Below are positions 1 through 7,426 of a stretch of DNA of 10,652 bases, one piece after another. The first letter of the stretch is position 1. Every line of letters begins with the position of its first letter. The notes beneath the pieces were generated by a model. The model did not search any database. It saw nothing but the letters and a program-made list of their open reading frames with translations, and was not told the DNA's origin. A program made the position numbers and the translations under genes. Source of the DNA: Gemmatimonadaceae bacterium (lineage in GTDB: Bacteria; Gemmatimonadota; Gemmatimonadetes; Gemmatimonadales; Gemmatimonadaceae); assembly GCA_040902005.1 (NCBI GenBank), contig JBBDYA010000130.1:1-10652 (forward strand), given 5' to 3'.

Positions 1-20
1 CCCCCCCCCCCCCCCCCCCC
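1..20. other. Poly-C homopolymer (20 C) at the window edge
   Basis: 20 consecutive C at 1-20. It could be genuine low-complexity DNA or a contig-end or sequencing artefact. Confidence 0.6.
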
Positions 21-36
21 GGCTGCGCCGGAAATG

Positions 37-72
37 CAAAAGGATCTACCCCGGTTGGGGTAGATCCTTTTG
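37..72 (-). terminator. Rho-independent terminator of the M16 peptidase gene (probably bidirectional)
   Basis: Perfect 16-bp inverted repeat CAAAAGGATCTACCCC-ggtt-GGGGTAGATCCTTTTG about 30 bp after the TAA at 102-104. The minus-strand transcript ends ...TTTTGCATTT and the plus strand also has TTTT. Confidence 0.9.
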
Positions 73-101
73 TCCCGCCGGTAGAGCAGCGGCCAGAGTG
101 A

Positions 102-2912
102 TTACGGCGTGACCGGCGGCGGCGGATTCTTGGCAAAGTCTCCCGCCCGCACGATCACGGTCTTTGACGGATCGATGTATTTCTTCACGGCCGCGTTGAC
201 CTGGGCCGGCGTGAGCGCCGAGACCGCGGCTTCCAGATTGGCGTCCCACGCCAGGGTGCGTCCGTTGAACCGGCGCGCGATGAGCATCCCCACCAGCTCC
301 TGGTCGTTGGCACGGCCCTGGCTCCGTCCTTCCACGTAGCCACTGCGGGCCGCCTCGACTTCCTCCTTTGTGAAACCGTCCTTCAGCACGCGGTCGATCT
401 CCTCGCGATACGCCTTCGTGAGGCGATCGATGTTCGTGGGATTCAGAATCGCGATGCCCATGAACGTGCCGAAGCGATCCAGCGACTGCACCTGCATGGA
501 CGTGCCGGCGCCGTAACTGATGCCCTCCTTCTGCCGCAGCCGCTGCGGGATGCGCGAGTTGAGGAAGCCGCCGCCCATCATGAAGTTGGCGAGCAGCATG
601 GCGGGATAGTCCGCGTCATCGTCCTTGAGGGCGATGTTCTGCCCCGCGAGGAACATGGCGTTGGCCTTGTCCGGGGTCTCGATGGACTCGAACGCGGAAT
701 CCGACGCCGCAAAGGTGCGCACCGCGCGCGAGAACGGTTGCGGGTTCCGCCAGTCGCCGAAGAGCCGCGCGATCGCCGCCGCGGCAGCCGCCTCGTCGAA
801 GTCGCCCACTACGGCGATGTCCGCGAACGACGCGCCGTAGAACTGGCGCGCGAACGCCTTCACCTGGTCGAGCGTGACGGCGTTGACCTCGGCGATCTGC
901 TCGTCCGGCATCGCGGTGTACAACACATGCCCCTTCGGCTGTGGGCTCAGCCGTCGCGACATCGTCAGCTGCCCCAGCAGCTGGGGCTCAGACTTGCTCT
1001 GCTCGATCTGCGCCAGACGCTCGCGCTTCAGGTTGTCGAACTCGCTGGCGTCGAACCGCGGCGAACGGAGTTGCTGCGCCACGAGATCCAGCACGGGCAC
1101 CAGATTGGCGTTCACGGTCTGGACGCTGACGCCGAGATTGTTGGTGGCGCCGCCGATGAAGACCTGCGCCTTGAGCTTGTCGAGCGAGTCTCTCACCTGC
1201 TGGCGGGTGAGCGCGGTGGTGCCGCGCGACAGCATCGCGGCCGCCAGCGAGGCCACCTGTCCCTTGCCGAACAGCGCCTCCACGGTGCCATGGCGCAGGG
1301 TGATGCTGGCCACCACGCGATCACCGCGCGTTTCCTTGCGCAGGAGCGACACGTGCATGCCGTTGGGCAGCGTGGACCGCTTGGTCCGCGCGTCGATGTT
1401 GGCCGGCGTGGCGTCGAACGCCTCGCCCGCCTGCATGACTTCCCGGCCGCGATAATCGGCCACCAGCGCCGCGATGCTCGGCGTCACCGGAATTTCGGCG
1501 CGGTCGGGCGCCTGGGTCGGAACGAAAAGCGCCACCGTGCGGTTGGACGGCTTGAGATACGCCGCCGCCACGCGCTTCAGGTCGTCCGGCGTGACCTTCT
1601 CGATGCGGTCACGGTTGATGAAGAACAGCCGCCAGTCGCCCATCGCCGCCCACTCGGTGAGCTGGTAGCCGACCGCCTCGGAGTTCGTCAGCATCAACTC
1701 CATCTGTCGCAACTGCGCCGCCTTGGCGCGGTTCACCTCTTCCGTGGTGAACGTCCGCGCCGTGTCGAGCACCGACTGCATTACCGTGCGCGCGGAATCC
1801 ACGGACTGCTCCATCCGCAACTGCGCGAACGTCATCCACATGCCGGGCTCGGCAAGCTGCAACGGGATCCCGCTGACCCCCGAGGCAACCTTCGTCTCGA
1901 CCAGCGCCTTGTAGAGCCGCCCGGAGGGGTTGTTGGTCATCGCGTGATCGAGCACCGTGAGCGCCGCGAAATCCGGGTGCGACCCGGCGGGGACGTGATA
2001 GCCCATCCATACCATCTGCGCGTCGCCCACGCGGCGGATCTCCACGAAGCGCTCGCCGTCCTGCACCGGTTCCTGCGTATACGTCGCGCGGATCAGGTTG
2101 CCCTTCTCCCCCGAGCGCGCCGGACGCGGGATCGCGCCGAACTTCGTCTCGATGATCGCCAGCGTCTTCGCGGGATCGAACTTTCCAGCCACCACGAGCA
2201 CGGCGTTGTCCGGCTGGTAGTACTTGCGGTAGAACGCCTGAAGTCGGTCGATCGGCACGTTCTCGATGTCGGACTTGTTGCCGATGACGAACCGGCCGTA
2301 GCCATGCCACTCATAGGCCGAGGCCATCATCCGCTGCAGCGTGACCCGGAACGGGTTGTTCTCCCCGGACTCGAACTCGTTGCGCACGACGGAGAACTCC
2401 GACTCCAGATCCTTCTGCGCCACGAACGAGTTGACCATGCGGTCGGCCTCGAGGTCCAGTGCCCAGTCCAGATTCCTGTCGGTGGCAGGCACGGTCTCGA
2501 AGTAGTTGGTGCGATCCCACGACGTGGTGCCGTTCGGACGCGACCCGTGGTCCGTGAGCTCCTGCGGGATGTTCGGATGGCTCTTCGAGCCCTTGAACAG
2601 CAGGTGCTCCAAGAGGTGCGCCATGCCGGTCTCGCCATATCCCTCGTGCCGTGAGCCCACGAGATAGGTGATGTTGACGGTCACCGTTGGCTTGGACTGG
2701 TCGGGAAAGAGCAGCACGCGCAGCCCGTTCGGCAGCGAGTACTCGCTGATGCCCTCGACGCTGGCCACACGGGTTGCCTTGGCGGCAGGGGCCTGGGCCG
2801 GCTGGGTGCGTTGCGCCGGCCGCTGCGCAACGAGCTGCGCGGCGGGAAGGAGCAGCAGAGCGGCGAGCACGCCGGCGCGACGCAGCGGGATTGAACGAGC
2901 GGTGTGTTGCAT
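102..2912 (-). CDS. Secreted M16 (pitrilysin/insulinase, PqqL-like) zinc metallopeptidase, 936 aa
   Basis: Inverted zincin motif HLLEH (GMAHLLEHLLFKGS), NGTTSWDRTNY and VVRNE. A second degenerate module (LPNGMHV...AAMLSRGT) lacks HxxEH and carries the C-terminal R/Y motif LRQKEGISY. Start is placed at ATG 2912 (MQHTARS...) because GGAGG at 2924-2920 lies 7 nt upstream and a Sec signal peptide (RR-AGVLAALLLLPAAQLVA|Q) follows. Confidence 0.93.
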   Translation of the reverse strand: MQHTARSIPLRRAGVLAALLLLPAAQLVAQRPAQRTQPAQAPAAKATRVASVEGISEYSLPNGLRVLLFPDQSKPTVTVNITYLVGSRHEGYGETGMAHLLEHLLFKGSKSHPNIPQELTDHGSRPNGTTSWDRTNYFETVPATDRNLDWALDLEADRMVNSFVAQKDLESEFSVVRNEFESGENNPFRVTLQRMMASAYEWHGYGRFVIGNKSDIENVPIDRLQAFYRKYYQPDNAVLVVAGKFDPAKTLAIIETKFGAIPRPARSGEKGNLIRATYTQEPVQDGERFVEIRRVGDAQMVWMGYHVPAGSHPDFAALTVLDHAMTNNPSGRLYKALVETKVASGVSGIPLQLAEPGMWMTFAQLRMEQSVDSARTVMQSVLDTARTFTTEEVNRAKAAQLRQMELMLTNSEAVGYQLTEWAAMGDWRLFFINRDRIEKVTPDDLKRVAAAYLKPSNRTVALFVPTQAPDRAEIPVTPSIAALVADYRGREVMQAGEAFDATPANIDARTKRSTLPNGMHVSLLRKETRGDRVVASITLRHGTVEALFGKGQVASLAAAMLSRGTTALTRQQVRDSLDKLKAQVFIGGATNNLGVSVQTVNANLVPVLDLVAQQLRSPRFDASEFDNLKRERLAQIEQSKSEPQLLGQLTMSRRLSPQPKGHVLYTAMPDEQIAEVNAVTLDQVKAFARQFYGASFADIAVVGDFDEAAAAAAIARLFGDWRNPQPFSRAVRTFAASDSAFESIETPDKANAMFLAGQNIALKDDDADYPAMLLANFMMGGGFLNSRIPQRLRQKEGISYGAGTSMQVQSLDRFGTFMGIAILNPTNIDRLTKAYREEIDRVLKDGFTKEEVEAARSGYVEGRSQGRANDQELVGMLIARRFNGRTLAWDANLEAAVSALTPAQVNAAVKKYIDPSKTVIVRAGDFAKNPPPPVTP

Positions 2913-3011
2913 GTGTCTTCCTCCGGGAAAAAACCTCGGCCGTGCCCGGCGGGCAGGTGCGACGTCGCACTCCGTGGCGAGGGGCGCGGCGTCACACCGC
3001 GCGGGGTGTAA

Positions 3012-3040
3012 AGCATACCGCCGCGCGCAGGGCATGGCTA
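3012..3040 (-). promoter_or_regulatory. Putative sigma70 promoter for the M16 peptidase gene
   Basis: Minus strand TAGCCA (3040-3035), 17-nt spacer, TATGCT (3017-3012). Confidence 0.5.
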
Positions 3041-3054
3041 GGGAACCTCCCTAA
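3038..3054. repeat. 17-bp near-palindromic footprint YTAR-GGAGGTTCC-YTAR related to the 7771-7864 element
   Basis: Minus strand reads TTAG-GGAGGTTCC-CTAG. GGAGG and TTCC equal the first 5 and last 4 bases of the 86-bp element. It contains the TAG stop of the lipoprotein gene. Confidence 0.55.
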
Positions 3055-3467
3055 CGCGCTCGACAGGCGCCCGCGACCAGCTCCGTTGGCGGCGGCTCGC
3101 GGAATTCACACGTACTCATCGCGCCCGTCTTCTGGTTGAACGCCGTCTCCACCGTCCGCAGCTCGGCAAGCTTCCGGTTCAAGGCCGCCGTATCCGTAGT
3201 CCGCGCGCAGAAGACGAGATACTCGCGGGGGCCCCCGCAGGGGCGCTCGCCCACCGGCGCGGTCATGCACTGATCCGCGGAGCCGCACCCGTCGATGCGC
3301 GCGAGCGCCCGCGCCTCACGTTCCAGCCGCGCGATCGTGACGGAGTCCGACTCCGCCATCGCGGTGCCCGAAGGCACCTCGGCTGCTGGATCGGTGCGGG
3401 CGCACGCGCCAAGCAGGAGCAGCCCGAGGCACGCTCCACCGACCGAGAAACCCTCATTGCCGCTCAT
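3051..3467 (-). CDS. Cys-rich putative lipoprotein, hypothetical (138 aa)
   Basis: Hydrophobic stretch and lipobox (LGLLLLGA|C), then 6 Cys in the mature part including PVGERPCGGPREYL and GAMSTCEF. GC3-rich codons. ATG 3467 overlaps the amidohydrolase 3' end by 14 nt; the start is uncertain. Confidence 0.75.
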   Translation of the reverse strand: MSGNEGFSVGGACLGLLLLGACARTDPAAEVPSGTAMAESDSVTIARLEREARALARIDGCGSADQCMTAPVGERPCGGPREYLVFCARTTDTAALNRKLAELRTVETAFNQKTGAMSTCEFREPPPTELVAGACRAR

Positions 3468-5133
3468 ACACCACCCTGCCGCCAACGACGGTCAGGTCCA
3501 CCCGCGCGTCCCGAATCGTCTCGGGCGCGATTCGCGTGAGGTCCCGATCGATCAAAACGAAATCCGCCAGCATGCCCCGCGCCAGCATCCCTTTTTCGCC
3601 TTCCTGGAACTCCGCGTAGGCACTGCCGGTGGTATAGGCACGCAGCGCGTCCTCGACGGTGATTCTCTGGTTCGGAACCCAGCCGTCGGGATTTCCGCCA
3701 TCCAGGGTACGACGCGTGACCGCCGCGTAGATCCCCTCCAGCGGCGTGGGCGGCGCCACGAACCAGTCGCTGCCGAACGCGAGCCGCGCCCCCGCGTCGC
3801 GCAGGGAACGGAAGGCGTATGTCCCCTTCGCGCGTTCCGCTCCGATCACCTTCTCGGCCCAGCGGCCGTCGTCGATCGCGTGATACGGCTGCATGCTGGG
3901 CACCACGCCGAGTTGCGCAAAGCGGGGGATGTCCGCGGGGGCAAGATGCTGGGCGTGCTCGATACGGAACCTGCGCTGCGCCGCGGTGCGCCCTGGCGCA
4001 CCGGACGCAACGCCTTCAAAGATGTCCAGCAGCGTACGGTTGGCCTGATCCCCGATCGCGTGGATGATGACATGCAGCCCCGCGGAGTCGGCGCGCGTCG
4101 TCCAGGCTTGCAGGTCCCCGCGACTGTTGACGAACAGGCCCCGGTCGCCTGGCGCGTCGGTGAACGGCTCGATCATCGCAGCGGTGTGGGAACCGAGGGA
4201 GCCATCCACGAACCCCTTGAGCCCGCCGATGCGGAGCCACGCATCGCCACGATGTCCGCCGCGCGCGGCAAGGGTATCGCGCAGCCGCTGCCACGACGCC
4301 AGCGGCACGACCGCATAGATGCGCGTGCCCAGCCGGCCGGCGCGGTGCGCGCGCTCGAACACGGCGAGGTTGCCCCACGAACCCATGTTGTGCACCGACG
4401 TGACGCCCTGCTCCGCCACGTGGCGCATGGCGGCGTCCAGGGCGGCGTCCTCCTGCGTCGGTAGCGGGTCGGGGATCACGCGGGCCACGAGCGACATCGC
4501 GTTGTCCTTCAGCACGCCCGTGGGTTCGCCACGGTCGTCGCGGACGATTTCACCGCCCGCCACGTCCCTGGTGTCGCGCGTCACGCCGGCCGCGCGCAGG
4601 GCCACCGAATTCGCGAGCGCCATGTGTCCGTCCAGCCGCTGGATGAACACGGGCGTGGCGCCGGTCACCGAGTCGATCCATTCGCGGCGCGGCAGGTCGC
4701 CTCCCCAGTGCTGGTGATCCCAGTTTCCCTCGCGCATCCAGGCGCCGGCGGGTATGGCGGCGGCGTGCGCCTTGATGCGGCGCGTGAACTCCTCCGGCGT
4801 TCGCGCGTCGCGCAGCTGCACGGAGGTGAGTCCGAACCCGCCATCCATGAAGTGCACGTGCGCGTCGTTGAAGCCGGGCACGAGCATCCGCCCGCCGGCA
4901 TCGATCACGCGCGTGGCGGGGCGCGTGAGCTTGGCGACCTCTGCACTGGAGCCCACCGCCGTGATGCGATCGCCGGTGGCGATGAGGGCGTCCGCCCACG
5001 GGCGGCGCGGGTCGCCCGTCCACACCCGCGCGTTCACGACGGCGAGCGTGGGCGTGAGCGTGATGGATTCGGACGAGGAAGTCATCCTGCAACCGAGCGA
5101 GAGCGGGAGAAGGAGCAGCGGCGAAAGGCGCAT
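3454..5133 (-). CDS. YtcJ-like metal-dependent amidohydrolase (Amidohydro_3 family), probable lipoprotein, 559 aa
   Basis: PGFNDAHVH (HxH), RLDGHMALANS, KGFVDGSLGSHTA, HAIGD, RIEHAQ, GSDW and GMLADFV. The N-terminus MRLSPLLLLPLSLG|C resembles a lipoprotein signal. Confidence 0.93.
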   Translation of the reverse strand: MRLSPLLLLPLSLGCRMTSSSESITLTPTLAVVNARVWTGDPRRPWADALIATGDRITAVGSSAEVAKLTRPATRVIDAGGRMLVPGFNDAHVHFMDGGFGLTSVQLRDARTPEEFTRRIKAHAAAIPAGAWMREGNWDHQHWGGDLPRREWIDSVTGATPVFIQRLDGHMALANSVALRAAGVTRDTRDVAGGEIVRDDRGEPTGVLKDNAMSLVARVIPDPLPTQEDAALDAAMRHVAEQGVTSVHNMGSWGNLAVFERAHRAGRLGTRIYAVVPLASWQRLRDTLAARGGHRGDAWLRIGGLKGFVDGSLGSHTAAMIEPFTDAPGDRGLFVNSRGDLQAWTTRADSAGLHVIIHAIGDQANRTLLDIFEGVASGAPGRTAAQRRFRIEHAQHLAPADIPRFAQLGVVPSMQPYHAIDDGRWAEKVIGAERAKGTYAFRSLRDAGARLAFGSDWFVAPPTPLEGIYAAVTRRTLDGGNPDGWVPNQRITVEDALRAYTTGSAYAEFQEGEKGMLARGMLADFVLIDRDLTRIAPETIRDARVDLTVVGGRVVYERQ

Positions 5134-5160
5134 CGCCGAAGTTGGTTAATATTCGCGCCA
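5134..5160. promoter_or_regulatory. 27-bp divergent intergenic region with an AT-rich -10-like core
   Basis: TTAATATT at 5146-5153 between back-to-back ATGs. TAATAT (5147-5152) is 8 nt before the terC ATG. No Shine-Dalgarno on either strand. Confidence 0.55.
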
Positions 5161-6162
5161 ATGGCTACCAACATCTGGCTCTGGGTGGGCTTCATCGCGT
5201 TCGTGCTCGCGATGCTCGCGCTCGACCTGGGCGTGTTCCACCGAAAGGCCCACGTGGTGCGGCCCCGGGAGGCCGCCCTCTGGGTCAGCGTCTGGGTGTC
5301 GCTCGCGATGGTGTTCGCCGCCGGGCTCTGGTACTTCGAGGGGAAGACGATCGCGCTGACGTTCCTCACCGGGTACGTCGTCGAAGAGTCTCTGAGCGTG
5401 GACAACCTGTTCGTGATGGTAGTCATCTTCAACTACTTCCGCGTGCCAGCGGAGTCGCAGCATCGCGTGCTGTTCTACGGCATTCTCGGCGCGCTGGTGA
5501 TGCGCGGCATCTTCATCGGGGTGGGCGCGTTCCTGCTGGCCCGGTTCGAGTGGATCCTGTACGTCTTTGGCGCGATGCTGCTGATCACCGGCATCCGGAT
5601 GATGGTCAAGCAGGACGAGCAGTTCGAGGGCGATGAGAACCGGATCGTGAAGTTCGTGCGTCGGCACGTGCCGATGACGAAGGAGTATCACTCGAACCAC
5701 TTCTTCACGCGGATCGATGGCCGGCGCATCGCGACCCCGCTGTTCCTGGTGCTCATCCTGGTCGAGTTCACCGACCTGATCTTCGCGGTGGATTCGATTC
5801 CGGCGATCTTCGGGATCACGAAGGACCCGTTCATCGTCTTCACGTCGAACATCTTCGCGATCCTGGGACTACGCTCGATGTTCTTCCTGCTGGCCGCGGT
5901 GATCGAGAAGTTCTACCTGCTCAAGTTCGGACTGGCGCTCATCCTGTCGTTCATCGGCGTGAAGATGCTGGGCGAAGCGTTCTTCCACATTCCGATCATG
6001 GTGTCGCTGGGCGTGGTGCTGGGCACGCTCACGCTGGCGATCATCGGCTCGCTGATCTGGCCCAAGCCGCACGAAGCGCCGGTGCCGTTCCGCCCGGACG
6101 AGGGTACCACGGGCTCGATCTTCGGCACGGTGATGCCGAAGGACGGCGGGACCAAGGAATAA
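5161..6162 (+). CDS. terC: TerC family (Alx-like) integral membrane metal-homeostasis protein, 333 aa
   Basis: MLALDLGVFHRKAH, EESLSVDNLFV, QHRVLFYGILGALVMRG, ATPLF, EFTDLIFAVDSIPA, DPFIVFTSNIFAILGLRS and FIGVKM, with multiple TM segments. True start is ATG 5161; the ORF-track extension to 4624 is antisense to the amidohydrolase. Confidence 0.95.
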   Translation: MATNIWLWVGFIAFVLAMLALDLGVFHRKAHVVRPREAALWVSVWVSLAMVFAAGLWYFEGKTIALTFLTGYVVEESLSVDNLFVMVVIFNYFRVPAESQHRVLFYGILGALVMRGIFIGVGAFLLARFEWILYVFGAMLLITGIRMMVKQDEQFEGDENRIVKFVRRHVPMTKEYHSNHFFTRIDGRRIATPLFLVLILVEFTDLIFAVDSIPAIFGITKDPFIVFTSNIFAILGLRSMFFLLAAVIEKFYLLKFGLALILSFIGVKMLGEAFFHIPIMVSLGVVLGTLTLAIIGSLIWPKPHEAPVPFRPDEGTTGSIFGTVMPKDGGTKE

Positions 6163-6166
6163 TCCG

Positions 6167-6478
6167 TCAGCGCCGCTCGACGGCTTCGCGAATGTCGAGC
6201 AGGATCTCGAGGTAGAGCTGCTCACGCCGGTACGCGAAATCCAGCGTGGCGAGCTGCGAGTCGTCGCCGGCCGTCTTGGCGCGCTCGAAGGCCTCGCGGT
6301 ACATCGTTTCCAGGTTGTCCATGATGCGGTCGCGCGAGCGTGACATGCGGATTCTCTCGAGGGCGCTGAAGGTCAGTCGGGGAACATCGTCGGCGGCATC
6401 CTGCGCGGGGCGCTCGAGGTCCGTGAAGAACTTGCGCGCGGCGCCGAGCAGGAGGCGGCGAGGCTGATTGGGGTCCAT
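6167..6478 (-). CDS. Hypothetical protein (103 aa; alternative start 6346, 59 aa), helical C-terminus
   Basis: 3' part of ORF 6167..7378 that does not overlap htpX: MDPNQPRRLLLGAARKFFTDLE...MSRSRDRIMDNLETMYREAFERAK...LYLEILLDIREAVERR. Strong GC3 bias and a TACCTT -10-like hexamer (6494-6489) 10 nt upstream. Confidence 0.7.
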   Translation of the reverse strand: MDPNQPRRLLLGAARKFFTDLERPAQDAADDVPRLTFSALERIRMSRSRDRIMDNLETMYREAFERAKTAGDDSQLATLDFAYRREQLYLEILLDIREAVERR

Positions 6479-6529
6479 CGTGCTGGGGAAGGTACGCGTT
6501 TGCGTGGGGCATGCCCAGCCGGAGTCCTG

Positions 6530-6565
6530 ATTCGGGTACAAACCGAATTGTATACCGGGTAAATT
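6530..6565. promoter_or_regulatory. AT-enriched promoter/operator-like region upstream of htpX
   Basis: Inverted repeats ATTCGG/CCGAAT (6530-6535/6543-6548) and TACAA-N6-TTGTA (6537-6552), direct repeat CGGGTA (6533, 6556) and -10-like TAAATT (6560-6565). GGAG RBS at 6587-6590. Confidence 0.4.
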
Positions 6566-6598
6566 TCGCTGCATGAGCATGGGAACGGAGAGCATCTG

Positions 6599-7426
6599 AT
6601 GAACAACGTCAAAGTCTTTGGGCTGATGGCCGGCATGACCGCGCTGTTTGGCGCCATCGGGACGTACTTCGGGGGCCAAAGCGGCATGATCATGGCGCTC
6701 GGCTTCGCCGGCGTCATGAACTTCGTCATGTACTACAAGTCGTCGTCCATGGTGATGCGCATGTACAAGGCGCGTGTGGTGACGGCGAAGGAAGCGCCCG
6801 AGCTGTACGCCATGGTGGACCGACTGCGCCAGCGCGCCGACCTGCCGATGCCCACGGTCGCGATCGCGCCGCACGACCAGCCGAACGCGTTCGCCACGGG
6901 GCGCAACCCCGAGAACGCCGTGGTCTGCGTGACCGAGGGAATTCTCAAGCTCGTGTCGAAGGAGGAGCTGGAGGGGGTGATCGCGCACGAGCTGGCGCAC
7001 ATCAAGAACCGGGACATGCTGCTCCAGACCTTCACGGCGACGATGGCGGGCGCCATCGGGATGCTGGCGCAGTTCGCCTACTTCTTCGGCGGCCGCGGCG
7101 AGAACCGCAATCCGATCGTCGGGCTGCTCGTCATGATCCTGGCGCCGCTCGCTGCCGGCATCGTGCAGATGGCGATCAGCCGGCAGCGTGAGTTCAAGGC
7201 GGACTTCGTCGGCGCGCAGATCAGCGGCAAGCCGATCGGACTCGCGAATGCGCTGACCAAGCTCGACAGCTATGCGAAGCGCATCCCGATGGACATCGCG
7301 CCGTCGGCGGCGCCGCTCGCGCAGGTGAACCCGCTTCAGGCGCACGGCGGCGGCATCGCGTCGCTGTTCTCGACGCACCCGTCCACCGAGCTGCGGGTGG
7401 CAAAGCTCCGCGCCATGCAGGTCTAG
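6599..7426 (+). CDS. htpX: Membrane zinc metalloprotease HtpX (M48B), 275 aa
   Basis: PNAFATGRNPENAVVCVTEGIL, ELEGVIAHELAHIKNRD (HExxH), ISRQREFKAD, LANALTKL and LFSTHP. Two N-terminal TM helices and a GGAG RBS. Confidence 0.96.
   Translation: MNNVKVFGLMAGMTALFGAIGTYFGGQSGMIMALGFAGVMNFVMYYKSSSMVMRMYKARVVTAKEAPELYAMVDRLRQRADLPMPTVAIAPHDQPNAFATGRNPENAVVCVTEGILKLVSKEELEGVIAHELAHIKNRDMLLQTFTATMAGAIGMLAQFAYFFGGRGENRNPIVGLLVMILAPLAAGIVQMAISRQREFKADFVGAQISGKPIGLANALTKLDSYAKRIPMDIAPSAAPLAQVNPLQAHGGGIASLFSTHPSTELRVAKLRAMQV

Noticed and set aside
1..20. Poly-C as a biological repeat
   Set aside because: At the window edge and cannot be distinguished from a poly-G/C sequencing or assembly artefact without reads.
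738..2654. 638-aa plus-strand ORF
   Set aside because: Antisense shadow of the M16 gene, rich in R/H/V/G with no motifs; expected in high-GC coding DNA.
2877..2882. Twin-arginine (Tat) signals in M16 (PLRRAGV) and S9 (ALRRLLV)
   Set aside because: They do not match S/T-R-R-x-F-L-K well and are consistent with ordinary basic Sec n-regions.
2913..3035. Upstream ATG 3035 for the M16 peptidase
   Set aside because: It would bury the signal peptide and span the predicted promoter; ATG 2912 has a well-spaced GGAGG.
3295..4464. 389-aa plus-strand ORF
   Set aside because: Antisense to the amidohydrolase with no recognisable domain.
4624..5160. Apparent 179-aa N-terminal extension of TerC
   Set aside because: Antisense to the amidohydrolase 5' region; TerC similarity begins at ATG 5161.
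6479..7378. N-terminal 300 aa of ORF 6167..7378
   Set aside because: Largely an antisense shadow of htpX plus the intergenic promoter region; only the part from 6478 down looks like a real gene.
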